Of a DNA stretch of 64,000 nucleotides, positions 56,468 to 64,000 are shown in pieces (positions within the stretch are counted from its first letter, which is position 1; each line of letters begins with the position of its first letter). Origin of the DNA: an uncultured delta proteobacterium (GTDB lineage: Bacteria > Desulfobacterota > Deferrimicrobia > Deferrimicrobiales > Deferrimicrobiaceae). The position numbers and the translations under genes are program-made. The DNA is taken from contig CAVXEY010000007.1 of the NCBI GenBank assembly GCA_963760885.1, positions 136,883 through 200,882 on the forward strand, read 5' to 3'. Below the pieces are notes generated by a model. It did no database searches. It saw only the letters and a list, made by a program, of their open reading frames with translations, and was not told where the DNA came from.

Positions 56468-57592
56468 TCACTTCGTCCGCGCGAACGCCTCCATGAAGGC
56501 GGCGAGCGTCTCCACCCATTCGTACGGAGCGGCGTTGTAGATCGACACCCGGATTCCCCCGACGGAGCGGTGCCCCTTGAGGCCGATCATCCCCTGTTTC
56601 TTCGCCTCGGAGATGAACCGCTCTTCGAGTTCGGGGGCCGGGAGCCGGAAGACGACGTTCATCACCGAGCGGCTCTCCCGTTCCACCGGCGAACGGAAAA
56701 ATTCCGGGTTTCCGTCGATGACGCCGTAGAGGCGCGCCGCCTTCTTCCGGTTGATCGCCTCCATCCCGGCGAGCCCTCCCTGTCCCTTGAGCCAGGAGAG
56801 GACGTTGCGGACCATGTAGACGCCGAAGGTGGGCGGCGTGTTGTAGAGCGACTTGTTCTCGGCGTGGGTCCGGAACTGGAAGATCTTCGGGATATCCTTC
56901 CGCCCCCGGTCGAGCAGTTCCTTCGACACCACCGCGACCACCACGCCCGACGGGCCGATGTTCTTCTGGGCGCCGGCGTAGACCATGCCGAACTTCGTCA
57001 CGTCGAACGGGCGCCAGAGGAAGTCGCTCGACATGTCCGCGATCAGCGGCACGTCTCCCGTGACCGGGAAGGCGCGGGACGGGTCGACGTTGTACTCGAC
57101 GCCGTGGATCGTCTCGTTCGAGGTGATGTGCAGGTAGGCGGATCCGGGTTCGACCTTCACCCCGGAGGGAGCGGGCACGCGGGTGTAGCTCTTACCCTTC
57201 CCCTCGCCGACGCCCAGGCTCTGCACCGAGACGGAGGCTCCGAACATCGCCGAGACGCTCTTCGCCTCGCCGAGCGCCTTTTCGCCCCAGGCGCCGGTGA
57301 CGAGGTACTGCGTGGTCGCACCCTTGTCCAGGAAATTCATCGGAATCTGGGCGAACAGGGCCGTGGCCCCGCCCTGAAGCAGGAGAACTTCGTGGCTCGC
57401 CGGGACCCCGAGCAACTCCCGCACGAGGGCGATCGCCTCGTCGTGTACGGCTTCGTACTCCTTCCCTCGGTGGCTGTGCTCCATGACCGACATGCCGCTT
57501 CCGGCGAAGTCGAGAAACTCGTCGCGGGCCCGCTCAAGCGCGGGAAGGGGAAGGGCGGCGGGTCCGGCGTTGAAATTGACCGTTCGTTTCAT
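56468..57592 (-). CDS. serC: phosphoserine aminotransferase
   Basis: [15 protein letters not shown] start. Class-V aminotransferase. PLP Lys region [13 protein letters not shown]. Confidence 0.9.
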   Translation of the reverse strand: MKRTVNFNAGPAALPLPALERARDEFLDFAGSGMSVMEHSHRGKEYEAVHDEAIALVRELLGVPASHEVLLLQGGATALFAQIPMNFLDKGATTQYLVTGAWGEKALGEAKSVSAMFGASVSVQSLGVGEGKGKSYTRVPAPSGVKVEPGSAYLHITSNETIHGVEYNVDPSRAFPVTGDVPLIADMSSDFLWRPFDVTKFGMVYAGAQKNIGPSGVVVAVVSKELLDRGRKDIPKIFQFRTHAENKSLYNTPPTFGVYMVRNVLSWLKGQGGLAGMEAINRKKAARLYGVIDGNPEFFRSPVERESRSVMNVVFRLPAPELEERFISEAKKQGMIGLKGHRSVGGIRVSIYNAAPYEWVETLAAFMEAFARTK

Positions 57593-57817
57593 GGGATGTC
57601 CTCACATGGGCGCGCGGGGGATTCCCGCGGGACGCGCCGCGTTGCCGGCCGCGGGCCGGATGAAGGGTCTGTCGATTCCCGCATTCTCGCAAGGTCCGCG
57701 CCCGCCTTCAAGGGTTTTCTGCGCATCCCGAGATTGACTTTTCCCGGGCCCTTTGATACGTAATGCAGTTGCATTTTCCCACGATCGCCAAGGAACCGGA
57801 AAACAGGAGAGAGACGC

Positions 57818-60707
<2,890 letters not shown>

Positions 60708-60747
60708 CACTTCCGGCCCTGGGAACTTAAAATATCCAATTCCGGGG

Positions 60748-60823
60748 GAGCCCATAGCTCAGTTGGCAGAGCATCTGACTTTTAATCAGAGGGTCGTTGG
60801 TTCGATCCCAACTGGGCTCACCA
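60748..60823 (+). tRNA. tRNA-Lys (anticodon UUU)
   Basis: GAGCCCATAGCTCAGTTGGCAGAGCATCTGACTTTTAATCAGAGGGTCGTTGGTTCGATCCCAACTGGGCTCACCA. Confidence 0.9.
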
Positions 60824-60831
60824 CCGTGCGC

Positions 60832-60909
60832 GTCCCCATCGTCTAGTTCGGCCAAGGACACCGCCCTTTCACGGCGGCGACGGGGGTTCAAATCCCCCTG
60901 GGGACGCCA
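60832..60909 (+). tRNA. tRNA-Glu (anticodon UUC)
   Basis: GTCCCCATCGTCTAGTTCGGCCAAGGACACCGCCCTTTCACGGCGGCGACGGGGGTTCAAATCCCCCTGGGGACGCCA. Close to the E. coli tRNA-Glu sequence. Confidence 0.9.
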
Positions 60910-60927
60910 TATTCCAATGATATTCCA

Positions 60928-62760
60928 ATGAGCAGCGCGCTGATAGATTCCCTTCGCCCGGAAAACCTTCTTCGAACCGGATACAAGGATTGCCTGCTCT
61001 GCGTGGTCCCGCGCCCGGGCGAGGAGGAGCGGTGCCGTGACTGCTCCGGCCGGCTGGACCAGCGTGACCGACTCCTGTGGGAGATCGGGCGGAAGCGGAT
61101 CCGCAAAACGGCGGGGGTCCTTTCGCTCGTCTACCCGGGACTCGGGCATTTCTACTCGGGCCGGATCGCCTACGGGGTCTTCTGGGCGGCACTCCTTCCC
61201 CTGACCCTGGTTCTCGTCTTCAACGTGGGGTCCGGGATCTCCATCGGACACGGCTTCCTCCTGGTCGAGGCGGTCGTGATCTGGTGGATGGCGTATGTCG
61301 ACGCGCGGCGCGGCCCTCGCGATACGGCCGCTCCGTGCGAGAGCGCCTGCCCTGCCCGCATCCGTGTTCCGGACTACATCGCCCTCGTGCGTGAAGGACG
61401 GCCTCTCGAGGCGCTGGCGCTGGTGCACGACAAACTCCCGTTCGCGGCGTTCTGCGGCCGCGCCTGTCCACATCCGTGCGAGCAGATGTGCGTGCGGAAC
61501 GAGTGCGGCGCGCCGATTTCCATCATGGCGATCAAGCGGTACGCGGCGGACCTTGGGTACGCGGCGGGGGTCCCCCCATCATCCGGGGAAAGCGGAGGGG
61601 CACGCGGGCCCGGGGTGGCGGTCGTCGGCGCCGGCGCGTCCGGATTGTCGGCCGCCGACACGCTCGCGCGGCTCGGCGCCCTCGTCACGGTGTTCGACCC
61701 GTACCTGGAACCCGGCGGGATGATGCGGTACGGCGCCGCGGAGTTCCGGTTCCCTGCGGACGCGCTCCTCGCGGACGTGGCGCGAATCCTTGCCCGGGGG
61801 GTGCGCTTCCGGGGCGGGGTGACCTTCGGCAAGGACGTTACATTCGCTTCCCTCGCGGCGGAGGGGTTCGACGCCGTCCTGATCGCCGTGGGATCCCGCG
61901 AAGCGCTGCGGTTGCCAGGAGCGGGAGGAGAAGATCAGGGCTTCCACGATGCGCTTTCGTTCCTCGTGCGCGTTCGGGAACACCGGTTTCCCCGCCTCCT
62001 CGGACGGGTGGTCGTGATCGGCGGCGGGAACGTCGCGGTCGACTCGGCGCGGTGCGCCCTCCGGATGGGGGCGAAGGAAGTGACGATCGCCTGTCTCGAG
62101 TCCAGGGAGGCGATGCCGGCGTTCGCGTGGGAGATCGAGGCGGCCGTTTCGGAGGGGGCGAAGTTCCTTCCGGGCACGTCGGTAAGCCGTTTCCATTTGA
62201 AGGATGGCAGGGTGGCCGCGTTCGAGGCGCTGAAGGTGGAGCGGGTCGACCTCGACACGGACGGGAGGGTCGTTCCGCGGACCGTTCCCGGCACCGAATT
62301 CGAGGTCCCGGCCGACACGATCGTGGTGGCGATCGGAACTCGGCCAGACCTCTCCTTCCTGCCGGACGGAGTCTCCCGGAAGCCCGCGGATCCGCAAGGG
62401 CATGTTTTCCGCTTGCAATTTCCCGGGGGGGAACCTAGAATCCCCGCCTATATGTGCGGTGATTGCGTTCAGGGCCCCGGCACCGTGGTGGAAGCGTCCA
62501 CCTCCGGGCGGGAAGCCGCGTTGAATATCTTCGGGGATCTCGCCGTCGAAGAGGCTAGAAGGGCGCGATACAAGGACAACTACCGCAGGCGCCCCGAACC
62601 CCAAGTGACCGACCGCCCCGAATGGCGGGTCCGGCGCGCGGCGGAGAGGATCTCTCCCGAGGTGGCGCGCGGGACGTTCGACGAGGTCGAAAAATGCTTT
62701 ACGGACCGGTGCGCGCGCGAGGAATCGGAACGATGCGCACGGTGCAATCTCTCGCTGTAG
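60928..62760 (+). CDS. membrane-anchored GltD-like (glutamate synthase small subunit / DPD family) NAD(P)H-dependent FAD/FeS oxidoreductase with an N-terminal zinc-ribbon
   Basis: N-terminal CLLCV...CRDCSG plus 2 TM helices. GltD-type Cys clusters CESACPA...CGRACPHPCEQMC. Dinucleotide folds VAVVGAGASGLSAA and VVVIGGGNVAVD. Confidence 0.7.
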   Translation: MSSALIDSLRPENLLRTGYKDCLLCVVPRPGEEERCRDCSGRLDQRDRLLWEIGRKRIRKTAGVLSLVYPGLGHFYSGRIAYGVFWAALLPLTLVLVFNVGSGISIGHGFLLVEAVVIWWMAYVDARRGPRDTAAPCESACPARIRVPDYIALVREGRPLEALALVHDKLPFAAFCGRACPHPCEQMCVRNECGAPISIMAIKRYAADLGYAAGVPPSSGESGGARGPGVAVVGAGASGLSAADTLARLGALVTVFDPYLEPGGMMRYGAAEFRFPADALLADVARILARGVRFRGGVTFGKDVTFASLAAEGFDAVLIAVGSREALRLPGAGGEDQGFHDALSFLVRVREHRFPRLLGRVVVIGGGNVAVDSARCALRMGAKEVTIACLESREAMPAFAWEIEAAVSEGAKFLPGTSVSRFHLKDGRVAAFEALKVERVDLDTDGRVVPRTVPGTEFEVPADTIVVAIGTRPDLSFLPDGVSRKPADPQGHVFRLQFPGGEPRIPAYMCGDCVQGPGTVVEASTSGREAALNIFGDLAVEEARRARYKDNYRRRPEPQVTDRPEWRVRRAAERISPEVARGTFDEVEKCFTDRCAREESERCARCNLSL

Positions 62761-62803
62761 GTCGCAAAGTCGTGGAACACAAACCAGAAGGGGGTGGGCA
62801 GGA

Positions 62804-63154
62804 ATGAAGAGATTCGCAATGTTGTTGGCAGTCGTCATGTTGGGGGTGTTCTCGGCCGGCACGATCGTCGCGGCGAACGTTCCCGTGAAAGTGACCATCA
62901 AGGATGTGCAGAAGTCGAGGCCGCCGGTTACCTTCGACCACAAGGCGCACGCGGAACGGATCAAGAATTGCGAGGAGTGCCACCACAAGGACAAGCCCGG
63001 CAAGGAGCAGTCGTGCTTTGTCTGCCACAAGGCCGAGAAGAAGGGCGACGTGATCTCTTTGAAGGACGCCATGCACACGAAGTGCAAGGGGTGCCATTCG
63101 AAGGACGCGACGAAGAAGGCTCCTACGAAGTGTGACGGCTGCCACAAGAAGTAG
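62804..63154 (+). CDS. tetraheme cytochrome c3 family protein
   Basis: Signal peptide. 116 aa with four CxxCH motifs (CEECHH, CFVCH, CKGCH, CDGCH). VTFDHKAHAE start typical of class III cytochromes. RBS GAAGGGGG. Confidence 0.8.
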   Translation: MKRFAMLLAVVMLGVFSAGTIVAANVPVKVTIKDVQKSRPPVTFDHKAHAERIKNCEECHHKDKPGKEQSCFVCHKAEKKGDVISLKDAMHTKCKGCHSKDATKKAPTKCDGCHKK

Positions 63155-63180
63155 GCGATCCGCGGTTTCGCGAACGTCGG

Positions 63181-63214
63181 GAGAGGGCGGGGAAGTTCCC
63201 CGCCCTCTTTTATT
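63181..63214 (+). terminator. rho-independent terminator
   Basis: GAGAGGGCGGGGAAGTTCCCCGCCCTCT hairpin followed by TTTATT. Confidence 0.6.
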
Positions 63215-63296
63215 CGGTGCGGATTTCGATTCCGTTTGACGGCGTGTAACATCTTTGGTATACAGTATTCATTCCGAATAACCGAGGGTGACCCGC

Positions 63297-64000
63297 ATGG
63301 CTGACGAGAAACGCACTCTATCCCCGATGGATCGGGTGTGGGACTTCTTCATCTCCGTCAAGCTGGCCATCGTCACCCTGATCGTGCTTGCCTCCACGTC
63401 GATCCTCGGCACGATCATCGAGCAGAACCAGCCCCTCGAGAAGTACCACCAGATCTACGAGGATTGGGCGTTCGCCCTCATGGAGCGCCTCAACCTGTTC
63501 GATATGTACCACTCCACGTGGTTCCTCCTGATCCTCGTCCTGTTCACCGTGAACCTGTCCTGCTGCACCATCGACCGCTTCCCGAAGATGCTGAAAGTGG
63601 TGCGGAACCCGAGGACGAAACTCGACAGAAGCCTCGAAAAATCACTGTCGCTCTCGGACCGGTGGAAGCGGAAAGGGACCCTTTCGGAGTGGGCGGGGAA
63701 ATACGCGGAGGCGCTCTCCGGTTCCTTCGCGAAGCCGAAGGTCACCGAGGATGGGGGCGAGGTGCACCTGTACGCCGAGACCGGCGTGGCCTCCCGGTTC
63801 GGCGTCTATGTGACCCACCTTTCCATCGTCATCATCTTCATCGGGGCGATCGTCGGCAACGTCGTCGGTTTCAAGGGATACGTGAACATCACCGAAGGGG
63901 AGGCGATCACGCAGGTCCCCATCCGGGGTGGGAGCCGGATTCAGGACCTGGGATTCACCGTCCGGTGCAACTCGTTCACCCTCGAGACGTACCCGAGCGG
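63297..64000 (+). CDS. resB: cytochrome c biogenesis protein ResB/Ccs1 (system II), 5' part (runs off window)
   Basis: MADEKRTLSPMDRVWDFFISVKLAIVTLIVLASTSILGTIIEQN... matches the ResB N-terminal TM/periplasmic architecture. No stop before the window end. Confidence 0.75.
   Translation, partial: MADEKRTLSPMDRVWDFFISVKLAIVTLIVLASTSILGTIIEQNQPLEKYHQIYEDWAFALMERLNLFDMYHSTWFLLILVLFTVNLSCCTIDRFPKMLKVVRNPRTKLDRSLEKSLSLSDRWKRKGTLSEWAGKYAEALSGSFAKPKVTEDGGEVHLYAETGVASRFGVYVTHLSIVIIFIGAIVGNVVGFKGYVNITEGEAITQVPIRGGSRIQDLGFTVRCNSFTLETYPS

Noticed and set aside
63318-63745. Minus-strand ORFs 63318..63512 and 63455..63745
   Set aside because: They are antisense to the well-supported resB 5' region.

Overview
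This is a high-GC (~68-70%) bacterial chromosomal window, probably from an anaerobic deltaproteobacterium-like organism, interrupted by one ~0.8 kb AT-rich island. All calls below rest on reading the translated ORFs for family-specific motifs; no database search was possible.

Gene content, 5' to 3':
- A GspE/PilB-family protein whose ATPase motifs are all degenerate, followed by a long-chain acyl-CoA ligase and a LysM-domain secreted protein.
- An Fe-S assembly cluster: CBS-ACT protein, NifU-like protein, a 56-aa ferredoxin, a TlpA-like thioredoxin, NifS/IscS, IscU and CysRS. Two paralogous 65-aa ferritin-like mini-proteins flank nifS-iscU.
- An O-methyltransferase, then the AT-rich island carrying a promoter-like TTGACA-17-TAGTTT and a 17-nt direct repeat.
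- An unusual redox operon in the order HdrA-like / QmoC-like (HdrC-type FeS domain fused to a membrane cytochrome b) / HdrA / MvhD / MvhG / MvhA / maturation protease / small Cys-rich ORF.
- tRNA-Val, an outer-membrane beta-barrel gene, a tRNA with a UCA anticodon (tRNA-Sec-like), QueH, an M50 protease and a heterodimeric ABC exporter.
- purC, a two-subunit pyruvate carboxylase, a NUDIX hydrolase, metW, tRNA-Ala, and a TauE/DUF1634 pair.
- On the minus strand, a six-gene group-4 hydrogenase-like (Ehr/Hyf-like) membrane complex. Its large subunit has lost the NiFe-ligating cysteines. A PAS hybrid histidine kinase precedes it.
- glgP, a GT2 glycosyltransferase, a TVP38 membrane protein and a DUF3332-like lipoprotein.
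- A sigma54 two-component pair with a predicted sigma54 promoter and upstream inverted repeat in front of an Ala/Lys-rich secreted mini-protein.
- A small tetraheme cytochrome operon, serC, serA, purA, tRNA-Lys, tRNA-Glu, a membrane-anchored GltD-like oxidoreductase, a cytochrome c3, and the start of resB.

At least four genes (mvhG, the outer-membrane protein, the second ABC transporter and glgP) carry apparent single-site frameshifts, one of them inside a G7 homopolymer. This pattern suggests assembly indels rather than true pseudogenes.

The most interesting candidates are the cysteine-less Ehr-like complex, the Hdr/QmoC/Mvh hybrid operon, and the AT-rich island.
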